Source: Escherichia coli
Lineage (GTDB): Bacteria; Pseudomonadota; Gammaproteobacteria; Enterobacterales; Enterobacteriaceae
Strand: one strand, 5' to 3'
Length of the DNA stretch: 64,000 bases
Assembly (NCBI RefSeq): GCF_048403405.1
Contig: NZ_CP183129.1
The translations under genes were made by a program, and so were the position numbers. The notes beneath the pieces were generated by a model. It worked only from the letters and a program-made list of their open reading frames with translations. It was not told the DNA's origin and did no database searches. Shown here piece after piece: positions 43,505 through 56,577 of this stretch (positions are counted from its first letter, which is position 1; each line of letters begins with the position of its first letter).

Positions 43505-43532
43505 TTAGTACCCCTTGATTAAGGGGTACTAA
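43505..43532. terminator. strong hairpin between the antitoxin gene and convergent dgcI
   Basis: Perfect 12-bp stem ttagtacccctt-gatt-aaggggtactaa. Confidence 0.5.
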
Positions 43533-43545
43533 CACTATTCTAATT

Positions 43546-44874
43546 CTACTGCCAGCTAATCTGCGCCCTGCCGTTTTTCTTACTCTTATACAGCCGCTCA
43601 TCCGCCAGCATTTTCAAGCGTTCGACGGTAGTACATTCATTTGAATGCGCTACACCGATACTGGTGCTTAAATTAATGCTTCCCACCTGGAAATGAACGA
43701 TTTCTTTTAGAATCGATAGCAACTCTTCCAGCGTTCCACCCGTATAAATCACCGCAAATTCGTCACCGCCGAAGCGGTAGACTTTACCTTTATCTACCGG
43801 GATCTGTGATTTAAGGATTTTCACCACTTTCATCAACACTTCATCGCCCAGCAAATGACCGAAGGTGTCGTTGATGTTTTTGAATTTATCGACGTCAAAC
43901 AGGCACAAATAACCGCCTTTTTCCGGTAGCGCTTTTAAATCTTCGTCAAAGGATTTTCTGCCCATCGCTTTGGTCAGGTCGTCCAGGAACGCCGAGTTAT
44001 ACAGACTGTAGAGTTTTTTGACATCGGCAGCCGAAAAGAAAAGCCCGCCATCCAGTACGCGTTCAAAATGGTTATTAATAATGGCTTCTTTCTCCACAAT
44101 ACCACGATTAATCACTCTGCGTACCAGATAGAGGCAACTGACACCCGATATCACTGCCACCAATGCGGCAAAGAAAATAATCAATGTACAGACCCGCAAA
44201 TAAACATCTTTTTTATACGCAAATACGTACAATCCGGTCGGCAAATAGGCGAAGTGCTCCATCGCTTCCGAAACGGTGAAGATGGCGTTTTTAGCATTAT
44301 ATTCATCACCGGTCACCGGTTTACCGTTCTTAAACAGAGAGAACATCAGGTTCTCGCTATCCATCGCCAGCGATTTTGACAGTAAAGAAAAACGCTCCAG
44401 ACCAAGCAAAAATATCAGACTACGATTATGAGTTACCGGATAGAGGTAATAGACGAAGGTTTTACCGTCAAAAGAGATAAACCCTGTATTTTTGACATGT
44501 CGATACTTCACAATCTGCATAATATCTGCACAATAATTTTTCTCGAACTCCTTTACCTGAATACATTCGTCACTGGAAATCAGATAAGGACCGACATCGT
44601 ACAAATAAGAGGGTGAAAGCGAGTCGGCGTAAGCTGTGCGTAAGCCAACCAACAGCTGTTCCTCCGTGGGGTTTAGCGTGTTGATAAGATCAATTGCCAC
44701 GCTACGCCGATATTCAGCAATATTTGCCACCGCAAAAGCAGTATCAATAACGGACTGTTTCAGGCCATACACCCGTTCCTTTACCATTTGAGTGTAGATC
44801 CCGCAGGCAACTGCTGAAATCATGATAAAAATCAGCAGACTGACTGTAAGTACGAACTTATTGATTCTGGACAT
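43546..44874 (-). CDS. dgcI: diguanylate cyclase DgcI (YliF)
   Basis: 442-aa translation [23 protein letters not shown]... with GGDEF motif (RFGGDEFAV). Confidence 0.93.
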   Translation of the reverse strand: MSRINKFVLTVSLLIFIMISAVACGIYTQMVKERVYGLKQSVIDTAFAVANIAEYRRSVAIDLINTLNPTEEQLLVGLRTAYADSLSPSYLYDVGPYLISSDECIQVKEFEKNYCADIMQIVKYRHVKNTGFISFDGKTFVYYLYPVTHNRSLIFLLGLERFSLLSKSLAMDSENLMFSLFKNGKPVTGDEYNAKNAIFTVSEAMEHFAYLPTGLYVFAYKKDVYLRVCTLIIFFAALVAVISGVSCLYLVRRVINRGIVEKEAIINNHFERVLDGGLFFSAADVKKLYSLYNSAFLDDLTKAMGRKSFDEDLKALPEKGGYLCLFDVDKFKNINDTFGHLLGDEVLMKVVKILKSQIPVDKGKVYRFGGDEFAVIYTGGTLEELLSILKEIVHFQVGSINLSTSIGVAHSNECTTVERLKMLADERLYKSKKNGRAQISWQ

Positions 44875-44881
44875 ACGTAAA

Positions 44882-47230
44882 CTACTCTTTTACTAATTTT
44901 CCACTTTTATCCCAGGCGGAGAACGGCATGGGTTTCTGGTACAGATACCCCTGAGCCTGAACACATCCTAATTTGATTAATTCGCGCGCAACGTCTTCGC
45001 TCTCTACGCCTTCCGCAATCACCGGGATCCGGTTATAGCGTGCCAGATCGAAAATAATGCGCACAATTTTTCCCGCAGTACCGAAAATATCGCCGGTAAA
45101 TTGTGAGTCCACCTTTATGCTATCTGGATTAATTTCATAAAAACGTTTCAGGTTTGACAAACCGGTGCCAAAGTCATCAATCGATATCCGTACCCCTTGT
45201 TTACGCAGTTGTTCAATATTGAGATAAAAATGTTCATTAATTCGCTCGATCACGGTTTCAGTGATCTCAACACAGAGGCTGTTCGCCTTCAGGCCATTTT
45301 CTTTCATGATGGTGGTAAAACGCTCATGAAAGTGTGGTTCGTTTAACTGCCAGGGCGAAACATTAATATGCAGTAAGAAATCATCCTTCAGCGACGCACG
45401 CTGACTAAAATGTCTGAATTCACCCATTGCCGTTTTAATAATCTGATAACCCAGCTCATTGATAAACCCGATATCTTCAGCAATGGTAATGAACTTTAGC
45501 GGTGAAATGATCCCCCGCTCCGCAGACACCCAACGGCACAACGCCTCCGCGCCCAGAATGGCGCGGGTGTTAATATCAACGATCGGTTGATAGACGAGGA
45601 ATAGTTCGCCAATTTCCATTGCATGGCGAATATTACGCGCAATCCAGATATTCTCTTCTATTTCGTTGAGTTTCGCGTCATCACAGAAAATAAACTCGGA
45701 GAACATATGGTCACGGATACTGGAAATCGCCAGTTTCAGTTTTTCTGCGTAACTCCAGGCGTTTTCTCCCTGCAAAGGTTCACAAATGGCAGACTTATGG
45801 ATGCGCAGATTGCGGTAGCCAAAGCTGCTGTCAAAATCGTTTATCATCGCTATTTTACGGGTAAATGTCTGTACATTTTCCCGGCACAGAAGTAAATAGA
45901 GATCGGCATTGAATGTCACGATATCGCAGCATTGCGCATATTTCTCGGCAATTCGCTGACACAATTTCCTGACGATTTTATTGCGTTCATCAACACCAAA
46001 CACCGCTTCCACGGCTTCCAGACCACACAGTTTGATGATCCCCACAGCCAGATACTGATTATTGTTGGACTCAATAATCGCCATATTTTTAATAAAACCG
46101 CTTTCCTGATCGTAAGAGATCAGTGAGAGCAATTTATTTGACCGTTCAATTTCGGCATCTTTCATTTCCGCGATCGAATTTTTGATGCTGATAATCTCTT
46201 TCGCATCGCCTTCGCGAATTTTCAGAGCCTCGATCTGATCCGTTGAGTCGGGCAAAAACGCCAGCGTATTAACCAGCTCGGTCATTTCAGAAAATTGCCG
46301 ACGGAACACACGAGTGGTCATTAAATAAACCACCAGCAATACGATAATAATGAAAGCAAACGGCAGATAAAAAAGTTTATCTGATGCGTTCAATAAATTA
46401 CCGCCAGGATAATAAAAATAGATTTCGAATAATGCGTTGTTTGGCACCGCTGATGTTTTTTCGATATATTCAGTATCGACAGAATCAATAATATTATAAT
46501 TACCTTCGCTATTATAAATAATCAGTTTTTCACGCGCGAGTTGATTCTTGGCAATGATCTCATGGCCTTGTTTCAAAAATAGAACTTCATCATTAGCGCT
46601 GATTTGATCAAGATACTCGTTCAGATATCGCCAGTTTAAATCGACATGTATTTTATCCACCGCTAACAAATCGTGATCTTTGCCGTTGATGCGTAGCGTA
46701 AAAGAGATACATTTTTTACCCGGACGATCAAAGCAATTGTAGGCCGGATTCCAGCTGTTGTTAGAGTCATCTGAAGCCACCGACCATGGTCGTTTCGATG
46801 GATTAAAATCGGCAAAAATAACCCGCCCTGACTCGTCGACAAGCGGTCCATTTACTTCTTCCTGATGATAAACAACGATTTTATCATTCGCCCTCCGCGA
46901 AAAGAGATAATATTTATTATCATCAAGTACCAGTCCCACCGAGTCTAAAAATGGCATCATTTCCATTTTAAGGATCACAGCGCGTTGAATCTCCTCTGTA
47001 TTTTTTAATAAATACAGTGAGTCCTTTAATGTCAGGGCCGAACGTTCAATATCTTTAAAGAAATAGCCAACGTTTTTCTGAATAAGTTCAAAGCGGCTAT
47101 CGGCACGTTTTACCGCGCGTTCCGATACCAGTTGATAGTTAATGATGAAAAAAAGGCCAATAAATGACAGTGCTGCCAATAAAAATAAAATTATCAGCCT
47201 TATCTTTATCTTTTCGTATAAACTCAGCAT
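44882..47230 (-). CDS. pdeI: c-di-GMP phosphodiesterase PdeI (YliE)
   Basis: From ATG 47230 ([21 protein letters not shown]...), 782 aa, C-terminal EAL domain (EALCRW); track ORF extends 26 codons upstream. Confidence 0.9.
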   Translation of the reverse strand: MLSLYEKIKIRLIILFLLAALSFIGLFFIINYQLVSERAVKRADSRFELIQKNVGYFFKDIERSALTLKDSLYLLKNTEEIQRAVILKMEMMPFLDSVGLVLDDNKYYLFSRRANDKIVVYHQEEVNGPLVDESGRVIFADFNPSKRPWSVASDDSNNSWNPAYNCFDRPGKKCISFTLRINGKDHDLLAVDKIHVDLNWRYLNEYLDQISANDEVLFLKQGHEIIAKNQLAREKLIIYNSEGNYNIIDSVDTEYIEKTSAVPNNALFEIYFYYPGGNLLNASDKLFYLPFAFIIIVLLVVYLMTTRVFRRQFSEMTELVNTLAFLPDSTDQIEALKIREGDAKEIISIKNSIAEMKDAEIERSNKLLSLISYDQESGFIKNMAIIESNNNQYLAVGIIKLCGLEAVEAVFGVDERNKIVRKLCQRIAEKYAQCCDIVTFNADLYLLLCRENVQTFTRKIAMINDFDSSFGYRNLRIHKSAICEPLQGENAWSYAEKLKLAISSIRDHMFSEFIFCDDAKLNEIEENIWIARNIRHAMEIGELFLVYQPIVDINTRAILGAEALCRWVSAERGIISPLKFITIAEDIGFINELGYQIIKTAMGEFRHFSQRASLKDDFLLHINVSPWQLNEPHFHERFTTIMKENGLKANSLCVEITETVIERINEHFYLNIEQLRKQGVRISIDDFGTGLSNLKRFYEINPDSIKVDSQFTGDIFGTAGKIVRIIFDLARYNRIPVIAEGVESEDVARELIKLGCVQAQGYLYQKPMPFSAWDKSGKLVKE

Positions 47231-47407
47231 GTTAATACATTTAACAAAATAACTGTCTGAACGCTGTGCCGCTGCAAAAACAGTCCCTTGCTGCGGCTTT
47301 TTAACCAAATTACCCGATTCTACAAAATCAGCAGAAAGTTACAACACTTGCTTAGGGCAATAATTTCCTGTGAGGTGATTACCCTTTCAAGCAATATTCA
47401 AACGTAA

Positions 47408-48319
47408 CTATCCTTTAATTTTCGGATCCAGCGCATCGCGTAAACCATCACCCAACAAATTGAACGCCAGTACAGTCAGAAAAATAGCCAGGGCCGGAAA
47501 AATAGCGACATGCGGCGCGATAACCATATCCGCTCGTGCCTCATTGAGCATTGCTCCCCACTCTGGTGTCGGCGGCTGCGCACCGAGGCCGAGAAATGAC
47601 AGGCTGGCGGCAGAGATAATCGAGGTACCGATGCGCATGGTGAAAAACACCACGATAGACGAGACGGTCCCAGGCAAGATATGACGCAATAAAATGGTCA
47701 TATCGCTGGCACCAATACTGCGTGCTGACTCAATAAAGGTTTGCTGTTTCAACACCAGCGTGTTGCCGCGCACCAGTCGGGCAAACGCGGGGATGGAAAA
47801 AATGGCGACTGCAATAATCACGTTAGCAATGCCGCTTCCCAACACCGCAACAACAGCGATCGCCAGTAAAATACCCGGGAAGGCAAACAGCACATCGCAA
47901 ATGCGCATGATCAGCCGATCCCACCAGCCTTCATAATATCCAGCCAACAAGCCCAGCAACGTCCCGATCGCCGCACCGATAAACACGGCAAACACGCCCG
48001 CCGCCAGCGAGATTTGTGCACCAACCAGGACACGGCTGAAAATGTCACGCCCCAGTGAATCAACGCCAAACCAGTGCTGCAAAGAAGGTCCGTTATTCAG
48101 ATTGTCATAATCGAAATAATTTTCGGCGTCATAGGGAGCGATCCAGCGTGCAAAAATGGCCACTACAATCAATAAAATAACGAATAATGCGGCGGTCATC
48201 GCCATATGCTGACGGCGAAATCGTCGCCAGAATTCATGCCACGGTGTACGTACCTGGTCAGGTTTGACCAGTGGCATGGCGTTTAACGCCGCCTGACGTC
48301 GCCAGTTAAATAGTCGCAT
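47408..48319 (-). CDS. gsiD: glutathione ABC transporter permease GsiD
   Basis: 303-aa translation [22 protein letters not shown]... Confidence 0.95.
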   Translation of the reverse strand: MRLFNWRRQAALNAMPLVKPDQVRTPWHEFWRRFRRQHMAMTAALFVILLIVVAIFARWIAPYDAENYFDYDNLNNGPSLQHWFGVDSLGRDIFSRVLVGAQISLAAGVFAVFIGAAIGTLLGLLAGYYEGWWDRLIMRICDVLFAFPGILLAIAVVAVLGSGIANVIIAVAIFSIPAFARLVRGNTLVLKQQTFIESARSIGASDMTILLRHILPGTVSSIVVFFTMRIGTSIISAASLSFLGLGAQPPTPEWGAMLNEARADMVIAPHVAIFPALAIFLTVLAFNLLGDGLRDALDPKIKG

Positions 48320-48321
48320 CC

Positions 48322-49242
48322 TTACTTGTACCTGATAGCCGGGTTAATGGCGGCGTAAAGCACATCCACCACTAAGTTGATAAGAATAAATTCCAGCGAG
48401 AAAAGCAGAATTTCCGCCTGAATCACCGGGTAATCGCGCATTTCTACGGAGTCAACGAGTAAGCGTCCAAGTCCGGGCCAGTTGAAAACTTTCTCCACCA
48501 CGATGGAACCACCGAGCAAAAAGCCAAACTGTAAGCCCATCATGGTCACTACCGGGATCATCGCGTTGCGTAGCCCGTGTTTGAGGACAACCCAGGTTTC
48601 GCTCACCCCTTTCGCCCTCGCGGTACGCATATAATCTTCGCTTAAAACATCGACAAACGACGCGCGGGTAAAGCGCGCCATCACGGCTGCCACTGCCGCG
48701 CCGAGCGTCAGGGAGGGTAAAATGTAGTGCTGCCAACTGTCTGCTCCCACGGTAGGCAGCCAGCCCAGTTCAACGGAGAATACCTGAATTAAAAGCATCC
48801 CCAGCGCAAATGCCGGAAACGAGATCCCCGACACCGCAATGGTCATACTCAATCGATCCGGCCAACGATTACGCCAGACGGCGGCGATAATTCCCGCCGC
48901 CATACCAAATATCACCGCCCAGACCATACTGGTTATGGTCAGCCACAGCGTTGGCATAAAGCGGCTGGCAATCTCATCGGCAACCGGACGACGCGACACC
49001 ATCGACAGGCCAAAATCCCCCTGCACAGCATTGCTGATATAGTGCCAGAACTGGTGATACAGCGGCTGATCCAACCCCAGCTGCTGACGCACCAGTTCTA
49101 TAACCTGCGCATCAGCTTCGGGCCCGGCAATCAATCGCGCCGGATCGCCGGGCAGCATATGCACAAATAAAAACACCAGCACCGAGACGATAAACAGCGT
49201 CGGAATCAACCCCAGCAAGCGTTTGATAACGTAATTAAGCAT
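48322..49242 (-). CDS. gsiC: glutathione ABC transporter permease GsiC
   Basis: 306-aa translation [22 protein letters not shown]... Confidence 0.95.
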   Translation of the reverse strand: MLNYVIKRLLGLIPTLFIVSVLVFLFVHMLPGDPARLIAGPEADAQVIELVRQQLGLDQPLYHQFWHYISNAVQGDFGLSMVSRRPVADEIASRFMPTLWLTITSMVWAVIFGMAAGIIAAVWRNRWPDRLSMTIAVSGISFPAFALGMLLIQVFSVELGWLPTVGADSWQHYILPSLTLGAAVAAVMARFTRASFVDVLSEDYMRTARAKGVSETWVVLKHGLRNAMIPVVTMMGLQFGFLLGGSIVVEKVFNWPGLGRLLVDSVEMRDYPVIQAEILLFSLEFILINLVVDVLYAAINPAIRYK

Positions 49243-49259
49243 TCCACTCCCTGCGTTGC

Positions 49260-50798
49260 TTATTGCAAATCCGCGTCTTCAAAGCTGAAGCCGGTGTCTG
49301 GCATGATCCAAAAACCGGTCAGGTTTTTACTGTGTGCCGACACCAGTTTTTCTACCACCAGCGGGATCCACGGCGACTCTTGCCAGATGATATCCTGCGC
49401 CGCCTTATATAAACGGGTCTTTTCTGCCGGATCATTAGTTTTCAGTGCCTGAGCCAGGAAATCATCCACCTGTTTATTGCTGTAAAACGCGGTATTAAAC
49501 AGCGTCGGTGGCCAGTTCTGCGAGGCAAACAGCGGCGATAGTGCCCAGTCCGCTTCGCCGGTTGAAGCCGACCAGCCAGTGTAGAACATCCGCACGCCGC
49601 TCTCTTTTTGCCCTTTACCTTCAACTTCTGCCGCCCGCTGTCCGGCATCCATCGCAGTCACCTGGGCTTTAATCCCGACCTGCGCTAACTGCTGCTGGGT
49701 AAATTGCAGCACTTTCTGCGCGGTGCTGTGGTTATGTGACGACCACAGCGTGGTACTGAAACCGTTGGGATATCCCGCCTCTTTCAGTAATTCGCGCGCT
49801 TTCACTGGATCGTAAGGCCACGGTTTATAACTTTGCGCGTAGGCGATACTCGGCGGTACCACACCAGTAGCTGGCGTTGCATAGCCCGCGAAGGCTACTT
49901 TCACCAGCGCCGGGCGGTTAATGGCGTAATTCAGCGCCTCACGGACCTTCGGGTTATCGAACGGCTTTTGCGTCACGTTCATACTGATATAACGCTGCAT
50001 AATTGACGGACTGGCCATCAACTCGATATTTTTGTTTTTCTCCAGCAGTGCGGCCTGCTCGTAGGGAATGGGGAAAGCAAACTGCGCTTCACCGGTTTGC
50101 AGCATTGCCGCGCGGGTATTGTTATCCGCCACCGGACGCCAGGTTATGCTGTCCAGTTTGGGCAATCCTGGCTGCCAGTAACCCGCGAATTTTTTCACCT
50201 TCACAAAATCGGTCTGATTCCAGGTATCCAGTTCATACGGCCCGGTTCCCACCGGATGAAAACCAATCTCCTTGCCATATTTTTCCAGCGCTGCCGGCGA
50301 AATCATCGCGGTCGCCGGATGGGCAAGAATATTAATAAACGCTGAGAACGGCTGTTTGAGGGTAATCTTTACCGTTGTTGGATCGATCGCTTCCGTTTTG
50401 GCAATATTCTTATACAGGTTGTAGCGTTTAAGATGATTCGCCGGATCGCTGGCCCGGTCCAGATTCGCTTTTACCGCCGCTGCGTTGAAGTCGGTGCCAT
50501 CCTGGAATTTAATGCCTTCCCGCAATTTCACGGTGTAAGTAAGGCCGTCATCGGAAACGGTATAACTCTCCGCCAGCACGTTTTTCAGTTTCATCTCTTT
50601 ATCGAGACCGAACAGCCCCTGGTAAAACGATTTCGCTACGGCCTGAGATAACGTGTCATTTGCGTCATACGGATCGAGCGTGGTGAAGTTCGATCCTACC
50701 GCCACCACCACATCTTTGGCAGCGAATGCACAAGATGCCATCAACGCTGTCGCAATGCCCAGCGCCACTAACCCACTACGGTGTACAGCTCTTGCCAT
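49260..50798 (-). CDS. gsiB: glutathione-binding periplasmic protein GsiB
   Basis: From ATG 50798 ([26 protein letters not shown]...), 512 aa; the 601-aa track ORF is an upstream over-extension. Confidence 0.93.
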   Translation of the reverse strand: MARAVHRSGLVALGIATALMASCAFAAKDVVVAVGSNFTTLDPYDANDTLSQAVAKSFYQGLFGLDKEMKLKNVLAESYTVSDDGLTYTVKLREGIKFQDGTDFNAAAVKANLDRASDPANHLKRYNLYKNIAKTEAIDPTTVKITLKQPFSAFINILAHPATAMISPAALEKYGKEIGFHPVGTGPYELDTWNQTDFVKVKKFAGYWQPGLPKLDSITWRPVADNNTRAAMLQTGEAQFAFPIPYEQAALLEKNKNIELMASPSIMQRYISMNVTQKPFDNPKVREALNYAINRPALVKVAFAGYATPATGVVPPSIAYAQSYKPWPYDPVKARELLKEAGYPNGFSTTLWSSHNHSTAQKVLQFTQQQLAQVGIKAQVTAMDAGQRAAEVEGKGQKESGVRMFYTGWSASTGEADWALSPLFASQNWPPTLFNTAFYSNKQVDDFLAQALKTNDPAEKTRLYKAAQDIIWQESPWIPLVVEKLVSAHSKNLTGFWIMPDTGFSFEDADLQ

Positions 50799-50817
50799 TT
50801 TATTCTCCGCCTGAATG

Positions 50818-52688
50818 TTATCTACGCATGAATGCGTATTCTGATTGTGGTTGTGCGACGTAATGCCCCGGCCCGACGCATTGCAACGAGACGGCTGCCA
50901 CCTCTTCGCCACGCAGATGAATATTGCTGGGAAGATCGTCCGACAGCAGTACACGCTGCGGTCGTTGTCGGGACGGTTCAGCGACCGGAACTGCCGCCAG
51001 TAATTTACGCGTATAAGGATGCTGCGGGTTTTCGAAGACCGCGCGCCGTGGACCAATTTCAACAATTTGTCCGAGATACATCACCGCCACACGATGACTA
51101 ATCCGCTCTACCACGGCCATATCGTGGGAGATAAACAGATACGCAATGCCGAAATCACGCTGGAGATCGAGCAACAAGTTGATAATCTGCCCGCGAATAG
51201 AAACATCCAGCGCCGAGACGGCTTCGTCGGCAATGATCACTTTTGGATTCAATGCCAACGCGCGAGCAATGCAGATGCGCTGGCGCTGACCGCCGGAAAA
51301 CTCATGCGGGTAACGCCAGGCATGTTCAGGTAACAGGCCCACGCGCTCCAGCAACCACGCAACGCGTGCAGCCGCTTCTTTACCTGGCAATAAACCGTGT
51401 ACGCGCAGCGGTTCGATAATCGAATCACCGATGGTCTGACGTGGGTCCAGCGAAGCGTAAGGGTCCTGAAAAATAAACTGAATATCCCGGCGCAATGCCT
51501 GAAGTTTACCGGATGACAAGGTATCGATTCGCTGACCGTTAAAGATAATTTCGCCGCCCTGCGATTCGACCAGGCGCAGCAACGCCCGCCCGGTAGTGGA
51601 TTTACCGCTGCCAGACTCGCCCACCAGCGATAGCGTTTCGCCAGGCCAGAGATCAAAACTGACTTTCTCAACGGCATGCACTTCCCGCGTTACGCGATTC
51701 AACAAACCGCTGCGCAAAGGGAAACGGGTGACCAGATTACGCACCCGTAAAACAGGTTCGCCATCCACCACCGTTTTCTGCTCGATGGGTGGTTCCTGTT
51801 TGGCTGGATGTTCAAGCGATATCAATGGGAAACGTCGGGGATAATCTAACCCTTTCATCGCACCAAGTTGCGGAACAGCAGCTAACAGCGCACGGGTGTA
51901 AGGATGTTGCGGTGCATGAAAAATCTGTTCGACGCTACCCGTTTCCACCGCCTCGCCCTGATACATCACCAGTACCCGATCGGCAATCTCTGCCACCACG
52001 CCCATATCGTGAGTGATAAAGATAACGCCCATCGACATCTCTTTTTGCAATACTTTGATTAATTGCAGGATCTGCGCCTGAATAGTGACATCCAGCGCGG
52101 TGGTTGGCTCATCGGCAATCAGCACCGCCGGGCGGCATGACAGTGCCATCGCAATCATCACTCGCTGGCGCATCCCGCCAGAGAGTTGATGCGGATAACG
52201 TGAAAGAATGGTTTGTGCCTCCGGAATGCGTACCTGATCCAGCATCCGCTTCGCCTCGACCATTGCTTCTTCACGACTGGCGTTTTGATGCAGACGAATT
52301 GATTCGGCAATCTGTTCACCCACAGTAAATACCGGGTTCAGCGATGTCATCGGCTCCTGAAATATCATCGCCATATCCGCACCGCGCACATGGCGCATTT
52401 GTGCAGCGCTCTGCTCGCTAAGTTCAATCACTTCGCGACTGCGCCGCCGCAACAGCATTTGATCGCACTGCACTAAACCGCCCGCCTGTTCCAACAGGCG
52501 CATCAATGCCAGCGCAGTCACTGACTTACCGGAGCCAGATTCGCCAACAATTGCCAGCGTCTCACCGCGTTGCAGGCTAAAGAGAGATTGCGGACCGCAG
52601 CTATTTTCTGCTGGTCCTGCATAAAGGCAATATTCAGATTTTCAACCGCCAGCACATCACCGGCATCAAGTTCATCACTGTGTGGCAA
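50818..52688 (-). pseudogene. gsiA: glutathione ABC transporter ATPase GsiA, disrupted by a 1-nt frameshift near the 5' end
   Basis: N-terminal 92-aa ORF (52518-52796) reads ...[36 protein letters not shown] then goes out of frame; the remainder (50818-52521) resumes at ...[14 protein letters not shown]; restoring one A in the A3 run at 52579-52581 (plus strand) gives the continuous [24 protein letters not shown] Walker A. Confidence 0.8.
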
Positions 52689-53640
52689 CGGTGTCCCCTT
52701 TTTCACGGTAGATACCGGTGGTTGGCGTATCGCCTGCGTAGCCCCAGGCGCGATACATTCCTTCGGTGTTAAACGGTAGCGCGATATTACCTTCATGGTC
52801 GATAGCGATTAAGCCACCGCTACCGCCAAGCGCAGGGAGTTTTTCCATTACTACCCGCTCGCAGGCTTCCGCGAGACTTAATCCGCCGTAATCCATTAAC
52901 GCGGCGATGTCATATGCCGCCAGCGCGCGGATGAAGACTTCGCCCGTACCGGTACATGAAACCGCCACACTGGCGTTATTGGCGTAGCATCCGGCCCCCA
53001 CTAAGGGACTATCGCCAACTCGTCCGGGTAATTTATTGGTCATTCCGCCTGTGGACGTGGCTGCCGCCAGATTGCCGTCTAAATCCAACGCCACGGCCCC
53101 CACGGTGCCCATTTTCTGTTTTTCATCCAGTGGCGCACCGCTATGGTCGAGGACTGTTGCCCCTTCCTCACGCGCTGCCATTAGTTGTTCATAACGCAAA
53201 GGCGTGGAGAAAATCTCCGGTGAGACGCGCTCCATGCCATGAGCAAACGCAAAATTTTCTGCCCCTTCGCCAATCATCATCACATGCGGGCTTTGCTCCA
53301 TCACCAGCCGGGCGGCAAGAACCGGATTACGCAGATGACTAACGCCCGCCACCGCACCGGCTTTCAGGGTGTTACCATCCATCACACAGGCGTCCAGTTC
53401 ATGGGTTTCATCACGCGTAAAGACAGCGCCAATTCCGGCGTTAAACAGTGGACACTCTTCCAGCAGACGCACCGCTTCCGTCACCACATCCAGCGCACTT
53501 TCGCCCGCTACCAGCATTTTCTGCCCGGTTTCAACAATGGCAGACAACGCCTCGATGTAGCGTAATTCCTGTTGCAGACTCATCTGCGCGCGGCTAATTG
53601 CACCTGCGCCACCATGAATTGCAATGACTGCTTTGCCCAT
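52675..53640 (-). CDS. iaaA: isoaspartyl dipeptidase / L-asparaginase IaaA (Ntn hydrolase)
   Basis: 321-aa translation [23 protein letters not shown]... Confidence 0.95.
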   Translation of the reverse strand: MGKAVIAIHGGAGAISRAQMSLQQELRYIEALSAIVETGQKMLVAGESALDVVTEAVRLLEECPLFNAGIGAVFTRDETHELDACVMDGNTLKAGAVAGVSHLRNPVLAARLVMEQSPHVMMIGEGAENFAFAHGMERVSPEIFSTPLRYEQLMAAREEGATVLDHSGAPLDEKQKMGTVGAVALDLDGNLAAATSTGGMTNKLPGRVGDSPLVGAGCYANNASVAVSCTGTGEVFIRALAAYDIAALMDYGGLSLAEACERVVMEKLPALGGSGGLIAIDHEGNIALPFNTEGMYRAWGYAGDTPTTGIYREKGDTVATQ

Positions 53641-53843
53641 AGTATTCGTCCATTAAGGGTGGCTCGCCACTTTTGCTATAAATATCAGAATTTTTATGAA
53701 TTACTCATTCAATTTTTGAATATAGAAAGATGGATATGGCATGTAAAGGCAGGAGCCAACGCTACGCCCGAGGTGGCATACAGTCTGTGGCGTTTTTCTG
53801 ACATAATAGGCAAATTCGATTTTGCCTCCGCAGGAGTGTTTTC

Positions 53844-55079
53844 ATGGAATTTACCACCGGATTGATGTCGCTCGACACCGCGCTTAATGAGATGCTTTCT
53901 CGCGTTACCCCACTGACCGCCCAGGAAACGCTGCCACTGGTTCAGTGTTTTGGTCGTATTCTGGCGAGCGATGTCGTTTCGCCGCTTGATGTCCCGGGGT
54001 TTGATAACTCCGCTATGGACGGCTACGCGGTGCGTTTAGCCGATATTGCCTCCGGGCAACCGCTGCCCGTTGCCGGTAAATCCTTTGCCGGTCAGCCGTA
54101 CCATGGTGAATGGCCTGCGGGTACCTGCATCCGCATTATGACTGGCGCACCAGTACCCGAAGGCTGCGAAGCGGTGGTGATGCAGGAACAGACCGAACAG
54201 ACTGACGCTGGCGTGCGTTTTACTGCTGAAGTGCGTAGCGGGCAAAATATTCGCCGTCGCGGTGAAGATATCTCTGCGGGTGCGGTTGTTTTCCCGGCGG
54301 GAACTCGCCTGACTACCGCAGAGCTGCCAGTAATTGCTTCACTGGGGATTGCCGAAGTTCCGGTGATTCGTAAAGTGCGTGTAGCGCTGTTTTCTACCGG
54401 TGATGAACTCCAGTTGCCAGGCCAGCCGCTGGGCGACGGCCAAATCTACGATACCAACCGTCTCGCCGTACACCTGATGTTAGAACAGCTGGGATGCGAG
54501 GTAATCAACTTAGGGATTATCCGCGACGATCCCCATGCCCTGCGCGCCGCATTTATTGAAGCCGATAGCCAGGCGGATGTGGTGATCAGTTCCGGCGGTG
54601 TTTCAGTGGGTGAAGCGGATTACACCAAAACCATTCTTGAAGAGCTGGGGGAGATCGCCTTCTGGAAGCTGGCGATTAAACCAGGTAAACCGTTCGCGTT
54701 CGGAAAACTTTCTAATAGCTGGTTCTGCGGCCTGCCGGGCAACCCGGTTTCAGCAACGCTGACCTTCTATCAACTGGTACAGCCTTTGCTGGCAAAACTA
54801 AGCGGCAATACCGCCAGTGGCCTGCCCGCGCGCCAGCGTGTACGCACAGCGTCCCGCCTGAAAAAAACGCCAGGACGCCTTGATTTCCAGCGCGGCGTGC
54901 TGCAACGCAACGCCGATGGCGAACTGGAAGTGACGACCACCGGGCATCAGGGTTCACATATATTTAGCTCCTTTAGCCTCGGCAACTGCTTTATCGTACT
55001 GGAGCGCGAGCGCGGCAATGTGGACGTGGGCGAATGGGTGGAAGTAGAACCGTTTAACGCATTGTTCGGAGGCCTGTAA
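53844..55079 (+). CDS. moeA: molybdopterin molybdenumtransferase MoeA
   Basis: 411-aa translation [24 protein letters not shown]... Confidence 0.96.
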   Translation: MEFTTGLMSLDTALNEMLSRVTPLTAQETLPLVQCFGRILASDVVSPLDVPGFDNSAMDGYAVRLADIASGQPLPVAGKSFAGQPYHGEWPAGTCIRIMTGAPVPEGCEAVVMQEQTEQTDAGVRFTAEVRSGQNIRRRGEDISAGAVVFPAGTRLTTAELPVIASLGIAEVPVIRKVRVALFSTGDELQLPGQPLGDGQIYDTNRLAVHLMLEQLGCEVINLGIIRDDPHALRAAFIEADSQADVVISSGGVSVGEADYTKTILEELGEIAFWKLAIKPGKPFAFGKLSNSWFCGLPGNPVSATLTFYQLVQPLLAKLSGNTASGLPARQRVRTASRLKKTPGRLDFQRGVLQRNADGELEVTTTGHQGSHIFSSFSLGNCFIVLERERGNVDVGEWVEVEPFNALFGGL

Positions 55080-55828
55080 TGGCGGAACTCAGCGATCAGG
55101 AGATGTTGCGCTACAACCGGCAAATCATTCTGCGCGGTTTTGATTTTGACGGTCAGGAGGCGCTAAAAGATTCTCGTGTGCTGATCGTCGGCCTCGGTGG
55201 ACTTGGCTGTGCAGCTTCGCAGTATCTGGCAAGCGCCGGTGTCGGCAATCTGACACTGCTCGACTTCGACACGGTTTCGCTCTCGAATCTGCAACGCCAG
55301 ACTCTGCACAGTGATGCCACGGTCGGGCAACCGAAGGTGGAATCCGCCCGTGACGCCCTGACGCGGATCAACCCACATATCGCGATTACACCCGTCAATG
55401 CACTGCTGGATGACGCAGAACTTGCAGCATTGATTGCTGAACACGATCTGGTGCTCGATTGTACGGATAACGTTGCGGTACGCAATCAACTGAACGCAGG
55501 CTGTTTTGCCGCGAAGGTGCCGCTGGTTTCCGGCGCGGCAATTCGTATGGAAGGTCAAATCACGGTCTTCACTTATCAGGACGGCGAGCCTTGCTATCGC
55601 TGCCTTAGCCGTTTGTTTGGCGAGAACGCGTTAACCTGCGTAGAAGCAGGCGTGATGGCACCGTTGATCGGCGTAATTGGTTCGTTGCAGGCAATGGAAG
55701 CGATCAAACTGCTGGCAGGTTATGGCAAACCGGCCAGCGGGAAAATCGTCATGTACGATGCGATGACCTGTCAGTTTCGCGAAATGAAACTGATGCTTAA
55801 CCCGGGGTGTGAGGTGTGTGGGCAGTAA
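55079..55828 (+). CDS. moeB: molybdopterin-synthase adenylyltransferase MoeB
   Basis: 249-aa translation [26 protein letters not shown]... with C-terminal CxxC pair. Confidence 0.96.
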   Translation: MAELSDQEMLRYNRQIILRGFDFDGQEALKDSRVLIVGLGGLGCAASQYLASAGVGNLTLLDFDTVSLSNLQRQTLHSDATVGQPKVESARDALTRINPHIAITPVNALLDDAELAALIAEHDLVLDCTDNVAVRNQLNAGCFAAKVPLVSGAAIRMEGQITVFTYQDGEPCYRCLSRLFGENALTCVEAGVMAPLIGVIGSLQAMEAIKLLAGYGKPASGKIVMYDAMTCQFREMKLMLNPGCEVCGQ

Positions 55829-55914
55829 TTGCCACCTCAGGCCAGATAAGACGTAGCAGGCATCGGTGCACTCCGCCACGTCATCAGCAATTTATGAGGA
55901 TGCAGAACGTCCGG

Positions 55915-56577
55915 TTAAATCGACGTTCTGCCAAACGCTCCCTGCCAGTCCTGCTCAAACTTCGCCACAGCGGCATCAACCGCCGGATAGCTAATCATCT
56001 GTTGTGCCACATCCAGCGGCAGAGTAATTGATTCACACCCTGCCAGTAAGCAGTCCAGCGCCTGACGCGGGGTTTTGAAACTCGCGGCTAACACTTTCGC
56101 CTGCGGCGCATGCATTTTCAATAACTGGTGTAAGTCGGTCACAGTCTGAATACCGCTACCGCCCTGAGCATCAATACGATTAACGTAAGGCGCAACATAT
56201 TCCGCACCTGCCAGCGCCGACAGTAGCCCTTGTGCTGCGCCATATACCGCGGTTCCCAGCGTCGGAATCCCTTCCGCTTTTAACATCTTAATAGCTGCCA
56301 GCCCCTCAGCGGTCACCGGAACTTTCACCACGATATCCGCAATAATAGAACGCAATTTACGTGCGTCATTCACCATCCCTTCAGCAGTGGTAGCCATTAC
56401 CTGGGCAAACAGACGCCCCTGACCGCCCATCGCCTCGTGAAGTTGCGGAAGCACAACCTCCAGCGGTTTTTTACCCGCTGCGATAATGCTTGGGTTAGTG
56501 GTTACACCCGCCAGCGGAAAAATACGTGACAGCGCCTTCACCGCAACAACGTCTGAAGTATCCAGATACAGTTCCAT
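55915..56577 (-). CDS. fsaA: fructose-6-phosphate aldolase 1
   Basis: From ATG 56577 ([30 protein letters not shown]...), 220 aa; track ORF is extended upstream. Confidence 0.93.
   Translation of the reverse strand: MELYLDTSDVVAVKALSRIFPLAGVTTNPSIIAAGKKPLEVVLPQLHEAMGGQGRLFAQVMATTAEGMVNDARKLRSIIADIVVKVPVTAEGLAAIKMLKAEGIPTLGTAVYGAAQGLLSALAGAEYVAPYVNRIDAQGGSGIQTVTDLHQLLKMHAPQAKVLAASFKTPRQALDCLLAGCESITLPLDVAQQMISYPAVDAAVAKFEQDWQGAFGRTSI

Noticed and set aside
47250-47300. Hairpin plus T-run between pdeI and gsiD
   Set aside because: Oriented for the plus strand, where no gene is transcribed; it does not function as a terminator for gsiD on the minus strand.
49260-51065. 601-aa version of gsiB (and similarly extended track ORFs for potF, potG, pdeI, fsaA, rcdA, ybjT, ybjS, artP, artJ)
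   Set aside because: Over-extensions to the most upstream start codon; internal starts with an RBS give the expected signal-peptide N-termini and protein lengths.
55897-55931. Perfect 10-bp inverted repeat gcagaacgtc/gacgttctgc spanning the fsaA stop codon
   Set aside because: Not followed by a U-run on the fsaA strand; could be a weak or rho-assisted terminator but evidence is insufficient to call it.
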